A stretch of DNA of 64,000 bases from Auanema rhodensis (Eukaryota > Animalia > Nematoda), in contig OZ059895.1 of assembly GCA_964057225.1 (NCBI GenBank), forward strand, positions 10,664,001 to 10,728,000, written 5' to 3'. A model generated the notes under the pieces. The model did no database searches, was not told the DNA's origin, and saw only the letters and a list, made by a program, of their open reading frames with translations. Shown here piece by piece: positions 12,201 through 27,200 of the stretch. The stretch's first letter is position 1, and every line of letters starts with the position of its first letter. The translations under genes were made by a program, and so were the position numbers.

Positions 12201-15200
12201 TTTAATTTTATCTCTTCCGTAACAAATGTTTCCAATTTTCAAGCAGTTTTACTTAGATAGCTCAACCCAAGGCAGCAAATTATCTTTAATCTTATTTCTA
12301 TATTACAGTTATGAACCAGTAGTTAATGAACCTTCATGGCCCGGTTAGTAATTGGATCGGAGACGGCTTGGGAATCCCGGGTGGCGTAAGCTTTTCAAAT
12401 TTTTTTAACAATCATAACACGTTGAAAGTACGCCATTCAGCTGATTTTCAATTTTATCTCTTCCGTAATAAATGTTTTCAATTTTCAAGCAGTTTTACTT
12501 AGATAGCAAAACCCAAGGCAGCAAATTATCTTTAATCTTGATTCTATATTACAGCTATGAACCAGTAGTTAATGAACCTCCATGGCCGGTTAGTAGTTGG
12601 ATCGGAGACGGCTTGGGAATCCCGGGTGGCGTAAGCTTTTCAAATCTTTTCAACAATCATAACACGTTAAAAATACGCCATGCAGCTGATTTTTAATTTT
12701 GTCTCTTCCGTAACAAATTTATTCAATTTTCAAGCAGTTTTACTTAGACAGCTCAAACCACGGCAGCAAATTATCTTCAATCTTATTTCTATATTACAGT
12801 TATGAACCAGTAGTTAATGAACCTTCATGGCCCGGTTAGTAGTTGGATCGGAGACGGCTTTGGGAATCCCGGATGGCGTAAGCTTTTCAAATCTTTTCAA
12901 CAATCATAACACGTTAAAAGTACGCCATGCAGCTGATTTTTAATTTTGTCTCTTCCGTAACAAATTTATTCAATTTTCAAGCAGTTTTACTTAGATAACT
13001 CAAACCACGGCAGCAAATTATCTTCAATCTTATTTCTATATTACAGTTATGAACCAGTAGTTAATGAACCTTCATGGCCCGGTTAGTAGTTGGATCGGAG
13101 ACGGCTTGGGAATCCCGGATGGCGTAAGCTTTTCAAATTTTTTTAACAATCATAACACGTTGAAAATACGCCATGCAGCTGATTTTTAATTTTATCTGTT
13201 CCGTAACAAATGTTTTCAATTTTCAAGCAGTTTTACTTAGACAGCTCAACCCAAGGCAGCAAATTATCTTCAGTCTTATTTCTATAATACAGTTATGAAC
13301 CAGTTGTTAATGAACCTTCATGGCCCGGTTAGTAGTTGGATCGGAGACGGCTTGGGAATCCCGGATGGCGTAAACTTTTCAAATTTTTTTAACAATCATA
13401 ACATGTTGAAAGTACGCCATGCAGCTGATTTTTAATTTTATCTCTTCCGTAACAAATGTTTCCAATTTTCAAGCAGTTTTACTTAGATAGCTCAACCCAA
13501 GGCAGCAAATTATCTTTAATCTTATTTCTATATTACAGTTATGAACCAGTAGTTAATGAACCTTCATGGCCCGGTTAGTAGTTGGATCGGAGACGGCTTG
13601 GGAATCCCGGGTGGCGTAAGCTTTTCAAATTTTTTTAACAATCATAACACGTTGAAAGTACGCCATTCAGCTGATTTTCAATTTTATCTCTTCCGTAATA
13701 AATGTTTTCAATTTTCAAGCAGTTTTACTTAGATAGCAAAACCAAAGGCAGCAAATTATCTTTAATCTTGATTCTATATTACAGCTATGAACCAGTAGTT
13801 AATGAACTTCCATGGCCGGTTAGTAGTTGGATCGGAGACGGCTTGGGAATCCCGGGTGGCGTAAGCTTTTCAAATTTTTTTAACAATCATAACACGTTAA
13901 AAGTACGCCATGCAGCTGATTTTTAATTTTGTCTCTTCCGTAACAAATTTATTCAATTTTCAAGCAGTTTTACTTAGATAGCTCAAACCACGGCAGCAAA
14001 TTATCTTCAATCTTATTTCTATATTACAGTTATGAACCAGTAGTTAATGAACCTTCATGGCCCGGTTAGTAGTTGGATCGGAGACGGCTTTGGGAATCCC
14101 GGATGGCGTAAGCTTTTCAAATTTTTTTAACAATCATAACACGTTGAAAATACGCCATGCAGCTGATTTCTAATTTTATCTGTTCCGTAACAAATGTTTT
14201 CAATTTTCAAGCAGTTTTACTTACACAGCTCAACCCAAGGCAGCAAATTATCTTCAGTCTTATTTCTATATTACAGTTATGAACCAGTTGTTAATGAACC
14301 TTCATGGCCCGGTTAGTAGTTGGATCGGAGACGGCTTGGGAATCCCGGATGGCGTAAACTTTTCAAATTTTTTTAACAATCATAACATGTTGAAAGTACG
14401 CCATGCAGCTGATTTTTAATTTTATCTCTTCCGTAACAAATGTTTCCAATTTTCAAGCAGTTTTACTTAGATAGCTCAACCCAAGGCAGCAAATTATCTT
14501 TAATCTTATTTCTATATTACAGTTATGAACCAGTAGTTAATGAACCTTCATGGCCCGGTTAGTAGTTGGATCGGAGACGGCTTGGGAATCCCGGGTGGCG
14601 TAAGCTTTTCAAATTTTTTTAACAATCATAACACGTTGAAAGTACGCCATTCAGCTGATTTTCAATTTTATCTCTTCCGTAATAAATGTTTTCAATTTTC
14701 AAGCAGTTTTACTTAGATAGCAAAACCCAAGGCAGCAAATTATCTTTAATCTTGATTCTATATTACAGCTATGAACCAGTAGTTAATGAACCTTCATGGC
14801 CGGTTAGTAGTTGGATCGGAGACGGCTTGGGAATCCCGAGTGGCGTAAGCTTTTCAAATTTTTTTAACAATCATAACACGTTAAAAGTACGCCATGCAGC
14901 TGATTTTTAATTTTGTCTCTTCCGTAACAAATTTATTCAATTTTCAAGCAGTTTTACTTAGATAGCTCAAACCACGGCAGCAAATTATCTTCAATCTTAT
15001 TTCTATATTACAGTTATGAACCAGTAGTTAATGAACCTTCATGGCCCGGTTAGTAGTTGGATCGGAGACGGCTTGGGAATCCCGGATGGCGTAAACTTTT
15101 CAAATTTTTTTAACAATCATAACACGTTGAAAGTACGCCATGCAGCTGATTTTTAATTTTATCTCTTCCGTAACAAATGTTTCCAATTTTCAAGCAGTTT

Positions 15201-18200
15201 TACTTAGATAGCTCAACCCAAGGCAGCAAATTATCTTTAATCTTATTTCTATATTACAGTTATGAACCAGTAGTTAATGAACCTTCATGGCCCGGTAAGT
15301 AGTTGGATCGGAGACGGCTTGGGAATCCCGGGTGGCGTAAGCTTTTCAAATTTTTTTAACAATCATAACACGTTAAAAGTACGCCATGCAGCTGATTTTT
15401 AATTTTGTCTCTTCCGTAACAAATTTATTCAATTTTCAAGCAGTTTTACTTAGATAGCTCAAACCACGGCAGCAAATTATCTTCAATCTTATTTCTATAT
15501 TACAGTTATGAACCAGTAGTTAATGAACCTTCATGGCCCGGTTAGTAGTTGGATCGGAGACGGCTTGGGAATCCCGGATGGCGTAAACTTTTCAAATTTT
15601 TTTAACAATCATAACACGTTGAAAGTACGCCATGCAGCTGATTTTTAATTTTATCTCTTCCGTAACAAATGTTTCCAATTTTCAAGCAGTTTTACTTAGA
15701 TAGCTCAACCCAAGGCAGCAAATTATCTTTAATCTTATTTCTATATTACAGTTATGAACCAGTAGTTAATGAACCTTCATGGCCCGGTTAGTAGTTGGAT
15801 CGGAGACGGCTTTGGGAATCCCGGGTGGCGTAAGCTTTTCAAATTTTTTTAACAATCATAACACGTTGAAAGTACGCCATGCAGCTGATTTTTAATTTTA
15901 TCTCTTCCGTAACAAATGTTTCCAATTTTCAAGCAGTTTTACTTAGATAGCTCAACCCAAGGCAGCAAATTATCTTTAATCTTATTTCTATATTACAGTT
16001 ATGAACCAGTAGTTAATGAACCTTCATGGCCCGGTTAGTAGTTGGATCGGAGACGGCTTGGGAATCCCGGGTGGCGTAAGCTTTTCAAATTTTTTTAACA
16101 ATCATAACACGTTAAAAGTACGCCATGCAGCTGATTTTTAATTTTGTCTCTTCCGTAACAAATTTATTCAATTTTCAAGCAGTTTTACTTAGATAGCTCA
16201 AACCACGGCAGCAAATTATCTTCAATCTTATTTCTATATTACAGTTATGAACAAGTAGTTAATGAACCTTCATGGCCCGGTTAGTAGTTGGATCGGAGAC
16301 GGCTTGGGAATCCCGGATGGCGTAAACTTTTCAAATTTTTTTAACAATCATAATACGTTGAAAGTACGCCATGCAGCTGATTTTTAATTTTATCTCTTCC
16401 GTAACAAATGTTTCCAATTTTCAAGCAGTTTTACTTAGATAGCTCAACCCAAGGCAGCAAATTATCTTTAATCTTATTTCTATATTACAGTTATGAACCA
16501 GTAGTTAATGAACCTTCATGGCCCGGTTAGTAGTTGGATCGGAGACGGCTTTGGGAATCCCGGATGGCGTAAGCTTTTCAAATTTTTTTAACAATCATAA
16601 CACGTTGAAAGTACGCCATGCAGCTGATTTTTAATTTTATCTCTTCCGTAACAAATGTTTCCAATTTTCAAGCAGTTTTACTTAGATAGCTCAAACCACG
16701 GCAGCAAATTATCTTCAATCTTATTTCTATATTACAGTTATGAACCAGTAGTTAATGAACCTTCATGGCCCGGTTAGTAGTTGGATCGGAGACGGCTTTG
16801 GGAATCCCGGATGGCGTAAGCTTTTCAAATTTTTTTAACAATCATAACACGTTGAAAATACGCCATGCAGCTGATTTTTAATTTTATCTGTTCCGTAACA
16901 AATGTTTTCAATTTTCAAGCAGTTTTACTTAGACAGCTCAACCCAAGGCAGCAAATTATCTTCAGTCTTATTTCTATAATACAGTTATGAACCAGTTGTT
17001 AATGAACCTTCATGGCCCGGTTAGTAGTTGGATCGGAGACGGCTTGGGAATCCCGGATGGCGTAAACTTTTCAAATTTTTTTAACAATCATAACATGTTG
17101 AAAGTACGCCATGCAGCTGATTTTTAATTTTATCTCTTCCGTAACAAATGTTTCCAATTTTCAAGCAGTTTTACTTAGATAGCTCAACCCAAGGCAGCAA
17201 ATTATCTTTAATCTTATTTCTATATTACAGTTATGAACCAGTAGTTAATGAACCTTCATGGCCCGGTTAGTAATTGGATCGGAGACGGCTTGGGAATCCC
17301 GGGTGGCGTAAGCTTTTCAAATTTTTTTAACAATCATAACACGTTGAAAGTACGCCATTCAGCTGATTTTCAATTTTATCTCTTCCGTAATAAATGTTTT
17401 CAATTTTCAAGCAGTTTTACTTAGATAGCAAAACCCAAGGCAGCAAATTATCTTTAATCTTGATTCTATATTACAGCTATGAACCAGTAGTTAATGAACC
17501 TCCATGGCCGGTTAGTAGTTGGATCGGAGACGGCTTGGGAATCCCGGGTGGCGTAAGCTTTTCAAATCTTTTCAACAATCATAACACGTTGAAAGTACGC
17601 CATGCAGCTGATTTTTAATTTTATCTCTTCCGTAACAAATGTTTCCAATTTTCAAGCAGTTTTACTTAGATAGCAAAACCCAAGGCAGCAAATTATCTTT
17701 AATCTTGATTCTATATTACAGCTATGAACCAGTAGTTAATGAACCTCCATGGCCGGTTAGTAGTTGGATCGGAGACGGCTTGGGAATCCCGGGTGGCGTA
17801 AGCTTTTCAAATTTTTTTAACAATCATAACACGTTAAAAGTACGCCATGCAGCTGATTTTTAATTTTGTCTCTTCCGTAACAAATTTATTCAATTTTCAA
17901 GCAGTTTTACTTAGATAGCTCAAACCACGGCAGCAAATTATCTTCAATCTTATTTCTATATTACAGTTATGAACAAGTAGTTAATGAACCTTCATGGCCC
18001 GGTTAGTAGTTGGATCGGAGACGGCTTGGGAATCCCGGATGGCGTAAACTTTTCAAATTTTTTTAACAATCATAATACGTTGAAAGTACGCCATGCAGCT
18101 GATTTTTAATTTTATCTCTTCCGTAACAAATGTTTCCAATTTTCAAGCAGTTTTACTTAGATAGCTCAACCCAAGGCAGCAAATTATCTTTAATCTTATT

Positions 18201-21200
18201 TCTATATTACAGTTATGAACCAGTAGTTAATGAACTTTCATGGCCCGGTTAGTAGTTGGATCGGAGACGGCTTGGGAATCCCGGATGGCGTAAGCTTTTC
18301 AAATTTTTTTAACAATCATAACACGTTGAAAGTACGCCATGCAGCTGATTTTTAATTTTATCTCTTCCGTAACAAATGTTTCCAATTTTCAAGCAGTTTT
18401 ACTTAGATAGCTCAAACCACGGCAGCAAATTATCTTCAATCTTATTTCTATATTACAGTTATGAACCAGTAGTTAATGAACCTTCATGGCCCGGTTAGTA
18501 GTTGGATCGGAGACGGCTTTGGGAATCCCGGATGGCGTAAGCTTTTCAAATTTTTTTAACAATCATAACACGTTGAAAATACGCCATGCAGCTGATTTTT
18601 AATTTTGTCTCTTCCGTAACAAATTTATTCAATTTTCAAGCAGTTTTACTTAGATAGCTCAAACCACGGCAGCAAATTATCTTCAATCTTATTTCTATAT
18701 TACAGTTATGAACAAGTAGTTAATGAACCTTCATGGCCCGGTTAGTAGTTGGATCGGAGACGGCTTGGGAATCCCGGATGGCGTAAACTTTTCAAATTTT
18801 TTTAACAATCATAATACGTTGAAAGTACGCCATGCAGCTGATTTTTAATTTTATCTCTTCCGTAACAAATGTTTCCAATTTTCAAGCAGTTTTACTTAGA
18901 TAGCTCAACCCAAGGCAGCAAATTATTTTTAATCTTATTTCTATATTACAGTTATGAACCAGTAGTTAATGAACCTTCATGGCCCGGTTAGTAGTTGGAT
19001 CGGAGACGGCTTTGGGAATCCCGGATGGCGTAAGCTTTTCAAATTTTTTTAACAATCATAACACGTTGAAAGTACGCCATGCAGCTGATTTTTAATTTTA
19101 TCTCTTCCGTAACAAATGTTTCCAATTTTCAAGCAGTTTTACTTAGATAGCTCAAACCACGGCAGCAAATTATCTTCAATCTTATTTCTATATTACAGTT
19201 ATGAACCAGTAGTTAATGAACCTTCATGGCCCGGTTAGTAGTTGGATCGGAGACGGCTTTGGGAATCCCGGATGGCGTAAGCTTTTCAAATTTTTTTAAC
19301 AATCATAACACGTTGAAAATACGCCATGCAGCTGATTTTTAATTTTATCTGTTCCGTAACAAATGTTTTCAATTTTCAAGCAGTTTTACTTAGACAGCTC
19401 AACCCAAGGCAGCAAATTATCTTCAGTCTTATTTCTATAATACAGTTATGAACCAGTTGTTAATGAACCTTCATGGCCCGGTTAGTAGTTGGATCGGAGA
19501 CGGCTTGGGAATCCCGGATGGCGTAAACTTTTCAAATTTTTTTAACAATCATAACATGTTGAAAGTACGCCATGCAGCTGATTTTTAATTTTATCTCTTC
19601 CGTAACAAATGTTTCCAATTTTCAAGCAGTTTTACTTAGATAGCTCAACCCAAGGCAGCAAATTATCTTTAATCTTATTTCTATATTACAGTTATGAACC
19701 AGTAGTTAATGAACCTTCATGGCCCGGTTAGTAATTGGATCGGAGACGGCTTGGGAATCCCGGGTGGCGTAAGCTTTTCAAATTTTTTTAACAATCATAA
19801 CACGTTGAAAGTACGCCATTCAGCTGATTTTCAATTTTATCTCTTCCGTAATAAATGTTTTCAATTTTCAAGCAGTTTTACTTAGATAGCAAAACCCAAG
19901 GCAGCAAATTATCTTTAATCTTGATTCTATATTACAGCTATGAACCAGTAGTTAATGAACCTCCATGGCCGGTTAGTAGTTGGATCGGAGACGGCTTGGG
20001 AATCCCGGGTGGCGTAAGCTTTTCAAATCTTTTCAACAATCATAACACGTTGAAAGTACGCCATGCAGCTGATTTTTAATTTTATCTCTTCCGTAACAAA
20101 TGTTTCCAATTTTCAAGCAGTTTTACTTAGATAGCAAAACCCAAGGCAGCAAATTATCTTTAATCTTGATTCTATATTACAGCTATGAACCAGTAGTTAA
20201 TGAACCTCCATGGCCGGTTAGTAGTTGGATCGGAGACGGCTTGGGAATCCCGGGTGGCGTAAGCTTTTCAAATTTTTTTAACAATCATAACACGTTAAAA
20301 GTACGCCATGCAGCTGATTTTTAATTTTGTCTCTTCCGTAACAAATTTATTCAATTTTCAAGCAGTTTTACTTAGATAGCTCAAACCACGGCAGCAAATT
20401 ATCTTCAATCTTATTTCTATATTACAGTTATGAACAAGTAGTTAATGAACCTTCATGGCCCGGTTAGTAGTTGGATCGGAGACGGCTTGGGAATCCCGGA
20501 TGGCGTAAACTTTTCAAATTTTTTTAACAATCATAATACGTTGAAAGTACGCCATGCAGCTGATTTTTAATTTTATCTCTTCCGTAACAAATGTTTCCAA
20601 TTTTCAAGCAGTTTTACTTAGATAGCTCAACCCAAGGCAGCAAATTATCTTTAATCTTATTTCTATATTACAGTTATGAACCAGTAGTTAATGAACCTTC
20701 ATGGCCCGGTTAGTAGTTGGATCGGAGACGGCTTTGGGAATCCCGGATGGCGTAAGCTTTTCAAATTTTTTTAACAATCATAACACGTTGAAAGTACGCC
20801 ATGCAGCTGATTTTTAATTTTATCTCTTCCGTAACAAATGTTTCCAATTTTCAAGCAGTTTTACTTAGATAGCTCAAACCACGGCAGCAAATTATCTTCA
20901 ATCTTATTTCTATATTACAGTTATGAACCAGTAGTTAATGAACCTTCATGGCCCGGTTAGTAGTTGGATCGGAGACGGCTTTGGGAATCCCGGATGGCGT
21001 AAGCTTTTCAAATTTTTTTAACAATCATAACACGTTGAAAATACGCCATGCAGCTGATTTTTAATTTTATCTGTTCCGTAACAAATGTTTTCAATTTTCA
21101 AGCAGTTTTACTTAGACAGCTCAACCCAAGGCAGCAAATTATCTTCAGTCTTATTTCTATAATACAGTTATGAACCAGTTGTTAATGAACCTTCATGGCC

Positions 21201-24200
21201 CGGTTAGTAGTTGGATCGGAGACGGCTTGGGAATCCCGGATGGCGTAAGCTTTTCAATTTTTTTTAACAATCATAACACGTTAAAAGTACGCCATGCAGC
21301 TGATTTTTAATTTTGTCTCTTCCGTAACAAATTTATTCAATTTTCAAGCAGTTTTACTTAGATAGCTCAAACCACGGCAGCAAATTATCTTCAATCTTAT
21401 TTCTATATAACAGTTATGAACCAGTAGTTAATGAACTTTCATGGCCCGGTTAGTAGTTGGATCGGAGACGGCTTGGGAATCCCGGATGGCGTAAACTTTT
21501 CAAATTTTTTTAACAATCATAACACGTTGAAAGTACGCCATGCAGCTGATTTTTAATTTTATCTCTTCCGTAACAAATGTTTCCAATTTTCAAGCAGTTT
21601 TACTTAGATAGCTCAACCCAAGGCAGCAAATTATCTTTAATCTTATTTCTATATTACAGTTATGAACCAGTAGTTAATGAACTTTCATGGCCCGGTTAGT
21701 AGTTGGATCGGAGACGGCTTGGGAATCCCGGGTGGTGTAAGCTTTTCAAATTTTTTTAACAATCATAACACGTTGAAAGTACGCCATGCAGCTGATTTTT
21801 AATTTTATCTCTTCCGTAACAAATGTTTCCAATTTTCAAGCAGTTTTACTTAGATAGCTCAAACCACGGCAGCAAATTATCTTCAATCTTATTTCTATAT
21901 AACAGTTATGAACCAGTAGTTAATGAACTTTCATGGCCCGGTTAGTAGTTGGATCGGAGACGGCTTGGGAATCCCGGATGGCGTAAGCTTTTCAATTTTT
22001 TTTAACAATCATAACACGTTAAAAGTACGCCATGCAGCTGATTTTTAATTTTGTCTCTTCCGTAACAAATTTATTCAATTTTCAAGCAGTTTTACTTAGA
22101 TAGCTCAAACCACGGCAGCAAATTATCTTCAATCTTATTTCTATATAACAGTTATGAACCAGTAGTTAATGAACTTTCATGGCCCGGTTAGTAGTTGGAT
22201 CGGAGACGGCTTGGGAATCCCGGATGGCGTAAACTTTTCAAATTTTTTTAACAATCATAACACGTTGAAAGTACGCCATGCAGCTGATTTTTAATTTTAT
22301 CTCTTCCGTAACAAATGTTTCCAATTTTCAAGCAGTTTTACTTAGATAGCTCAACCCAAGGCAGCAAATTATCTTTAATCTTATTTCTATATTACAGTTA
22401 TGAACCAGTAGTTAATGAACTTTCATGGCCCGGTTAGTAGTTGGATCGGAGACGGCTTGGGAATCCCGGGTGGTGTAAGCTTTTCAAATTTTTTTAACAA
22501 TCATAACACGTTGAAAGTACGCCATGCAGCTGATTTTTAATTTTATCTCTTCCGTAACAAATGTTTCCAATTTTCAAGCAGTTTTACTTAGATAGCAAAA
22601 CCCAAGGCAGCAAATTATTTTTAATCTTGATTCTATATTACAGCTATGAACCAGTAGTTAATGAACCTCCATGGCCGGTTAGTAGTTGGATCGCAGACGG
22701 CTTGGGAATCCCGGGTGGCGTAAGCTTTTCAAATTTTTTTAACAATCATAACACGTTGAAAGTACGCCATGCAGCTGATTTTTAATTTTGTCTCTTCCGT
22801 AACAAATTTATTCAATTTTCAAGCAGTTTTACTTAGATAGCTCAAACCACGGCAGCAAATTATCTTCAATCTTATTTCTATATTACAGTTATGAACCAGT
22901 AGTTAATGAACCTTCATGGCCCGGTTAGTAGTTGGATCGGAGACGGCTTGGGAATCCCGGGTGGCGTAAGCTTTTCAAATTTTTTTAACAATCATAACAC
23001 GTTGAAAGTACGCCATTCAGCTGATTTTCAATTTTATCTCTTCCGTAATAAATGTTTTCAATTTTCAAGCAGTTTTACTTAGATAGCAAAACCCAAGGCA
23101 GCAAATTATTTTTAATCTTGATTCTATATTACAGCTATGAACCAGTAGTTAATGAACCTCCATGGCCGGTTAGTAGTTGGATCGGAGACGGCTTGGGAAT
23201 CCCGGGTGGCGTAAGCTTTTCAAATTTTTTTAACAATCATAACACGTTGAAAGTACGCCATTCAGCTGATTTTCAATTTTATCTCTTCCGTAATAAATGT
23301 TTTCAATTTTCAAGCAGTTTTACTTAGATAGCAAAACCCAAGGCAGCAAATTATCTTTAATCTTGATTCTATATTACAGCTATGAACCAGTAGTTAATGA
23401 ACCTCCATGGCCGGTTAGTAGTTGGATCGGAGACGGCTTGGGAATCCCGGGTGGCGTAAGCTTTTCAAATTTTTTTAACAATCATAACACGTTAAAAGTA
23501 CGCCATGCAGCTGATTTTTAATTTTGTCTCTTCCGTAACAAATTTATTCAATTTTCAAGCAGTTTTACTTAGATAGCTCAAACCACGGCAGCAAATTATC
23601 TTCAATCTTATTTCTATATTACAGTTATGAACCAGTAGTTAATGAACCTTCATGGCCCGGTTAGTAGTTGGATCAGAGACGGCTTTGGGAATCCCGAGTG
23701 GCGTAAGCTTTTCAAATTTTTTTAACAATCATAACATGTTGAAAGTACGCCATGCAGCTGATTTTTAATTTTATCTCTTCCGTAACAAATGTTTCCAATT
23801 TTCAAGCAGTTTTACTTAGATAGCTCAACCCAAGGCAGCAAATTATCTTTAATCTTATTTCTATATTACAGTTATGAACCAGTTGTTAATGAACCTTCAT
23901 GGCCCGGTTAGTAGTTGGATCGGAGACGGCTTGGGAATCCCGGATGGCGTAAACTTTTCAAATTTTTTTAACAATCATAACATGTTGAAAGTACGCCATG
24001 CAGCTGATTTTTAATTTTATCTCTTCCGTAATAAATGTTTTCAATTTTCAAGCAGTTTTACTTAGATAGCAAAACCCAAGGCAGCAAATTATCTTTAATC
24101 TTGATTCTATATTACAGCTATGAACCAGTAGTTAATGAACCTTCATGGCCGGTTAGTAGTTGGATCGGAGACGGCTTGGGAATCCCGGATGGCGTAAACT

Positions 24201-27200
24201 TTTCAAATTTTTTTAACAATCATAACATGTTGAAAGTACGCCATGCAGCTGATTTTTAATTTTATCTCTTCCGTAACAAATGTTTCCAATTTTCAAGCAG
24301 TTTTACTTAGATAGCTCAACCCAAGGCAGCAAATTATCTTCAGTCTTATTTCTATATTACAGTTATGAACCAGTTGTTAATGAACCTTCATGGCCCGGTT
24401 AGTAGTTGGATCGGAGACGGCTTGGGAATCCCGGATGGCGTAAACTTTTCAAATTTTTTTAACAATCATAACATGTTGAAAGTACGCCATGCAGCTGATT
24501 TTTAATTTTATCTCTTCCGTAACAAATGTTTCCAATTTTCAAGCAGTTTTACTTAGATAGCTCAACCCAAGGCAGCAAATTATCTTTAATCTTATTTCTA
24601 TATTACAGTTATGAACCAGTTGTTAATGAACCTTCATGGCCCGGTTAGTAGTTGGATCGGAGACGGCTTGGGAATCCCGGATGGCGTAAACTTTTCAAAT
24701 TTTTTTAACAATCATAACATGTTGAAAGTACGCCATGCAGCTGATTTTTAATTTTATCTCTTCCGTAACAAATGTTTCCAATTTTCAAGCAGTTTTACTT
24801 AGATAGCTCAACCCAAGGCAGCAAATTATCTTCAGTCTTATTTCTATATTACAGTTATGAACCAGTTGTTAATGAACCTTCATGGCCCGGTTAGTAGTTG
24901 GATCGGAGACGGCTTGGGAATCCCGGATGGCGTAAACTTTTCAAATTTTTTTAACAATCATAACATGTTGAAAGTACGCCATGCAGCTGATTTTTAATTT
25001 TATCTCTTCCGTAACAAATGTTTCCAAGTTTCAAGCAGTTTTACTTAGATAGCTCAACCCAAGGCAGCAAATTATCTTTAATCTTATTTCTATATTACAG
25101 TTATGAACCAGTTGTTAATGAACCTTCATGGCCCGGTTAGTAGTTGGATCGGAGACGGCTTGGGAATCCCGGATGGCGTAAACTTTTCAAATTTTTTTAA
25201 CAATCATAACATGTTGAAAGTACGCCATGCAGCTGATTTTTAATTTTATCTCTTCCGTAATAAATGTTTTCAATTTTCAAGCAGTTTTACTTAGATAGCA
25301 AAACCCAAGGCAGCAAATTATCTTTAATCTTATTTCTATATTACAGTTATGAACCAGTTGTTAATGAACCTTCATGGCCGGTTAGTAGTTGGATCGGAGA
25401 CGGCTTGGGAATCCCGAGTGGCGTAAGCTTTTCAAATTTTTTTAACAATCATAACACGTTAAAAGTACGCCATGCAGCTGATTTTTAATTTTGTCTCTTC
25501 CGTAACAAATTTATTCAATTTTCAAGCAGTTTTACTTAGATAGCTCAAACCACGGCAGCAAATTATCTTCAATCTTATTTCTATATTACAGTTATGAACC
25601 AGTAGTTAATGAACCTTCATGGCCCGGTTAGTAGTTAGATCGGAGACGGCTTGGGAATCCCGGATGGCGTAAACTTTTCAAATTTTTTTAACAATCATAA
25701 CACGTTGAAAGTACGCCATGCAGCTGATTTTTAATTTTATCTCTTCCGTAACAAATGTTTCCAATTTTCAAGCAGTTTTACTTAGATAGCTCAACCCAAG
25801 GCAGCAAATTATCTTTAATCTTATTTCTATATTACAGTTATGAACCAGTAGTTAATGAACCTTCATGGCCCGGTTAGTAGTTGGATCGGAGACGGCTTGG
25901 GAATCCCGGGTGGCGTAAGCTTTTCAAATTTTTTTAACAATCATAACACGTTAAAAGTACGCCATGCAGCTGATTTTTAATTTTGTCTCTTCCGTAACAA
26001 ATTTATTCAATTTTCAAGCAGTTTTACTTAGATAGCTCAAACCACGGCAGCAAATTATCTTCAATCTTATTTCTATATTACAGTTATGAACCAGTAGTTA
26101 ATGAACCTTCATGGCCCGGTTAGTAGTTGGATCGGAGACGGCTTGGGAATCCCGGATGGCGTAAACTTTTCAAATTTTTTTAACAATCATAACACGTTGA
26201 AAGTACGCCATGCAGCTGATTTTTCATTTTATCTCTTCCGTAACAAATGTTTCCAATTTTCAAGCAGTTTTACTTAGATAGCTCAACCCAAGGCAGCAAA
26301 TTATCTTTATTCTTATTTCTATATTACAGTTATGAACCAGTAGTTAATGAACCTTCATGGCCCGGTTAGTAGTTGGATCGGAGACGGCTTTGGGAATCCC
26401 GGATGGCGTAAGCTTTTCAAATTTTTTTAACAATCATAACACGTTGAAAGTACGCCATGCAGCTGATTTTTAATTTTATCTCTTCCGTAACAAATGTTTC
26501 CAATTTTCAAGCAGTTTTACTTAGATAGCTCAACCCAAGGCAGCAAATTATCTTTAATCTTATTTCTATATTACAGTTATGAACCAGTAGTTAATGAACC
26601 TTCATGGCCCGGTTAGTAGTTGGATCGGAGACGGCTTGGGAATCCCGGGTGGCGTAAGCTTTTCAAATTTTTTTAACAATCATAACACGTTGAAAGTACG
26701 CCATTCAGCTGATTTTCACATTTATCTCTTCCGTAATAAATGTTTTCAATTTTCAAGCAGTTTTACTTAGATAGCAAAACCCAAAGCAGCAAATTATCTT
26801 TAATCTTGATTCTATATTACAGCTATGAACCAGTAGTTAATGAACCTCCATGGCCGGTTAGTAGTTGGATCGGAGACGGCTTGGGAATCCCGGGTGGCGT
26901 AAGCTTTTCAAATTTTTTTAACAATCATAACACGTTAAAAGTACGCCATGCAGCTGATTTTTAATTTTGTCTCTTCCGTAACAAATTTATTCAATTTTCA
27001 AGCAGTTTTACTTAGATAGCTCAAACCACGGCAGCAAATTATCTTCAATCTTATTTCTATATTACAGTTATGAACAAGTAGTTAATGAACCTTCATGGCC
27101 CGGTTAGTAGTTGGATCGGAGACGGCTTGGGAATCCCGGATGGCGTAAACTTTTCAAATTTTTTTAACAATCATAATACGTTGAAAGTACGCCATGCAGC

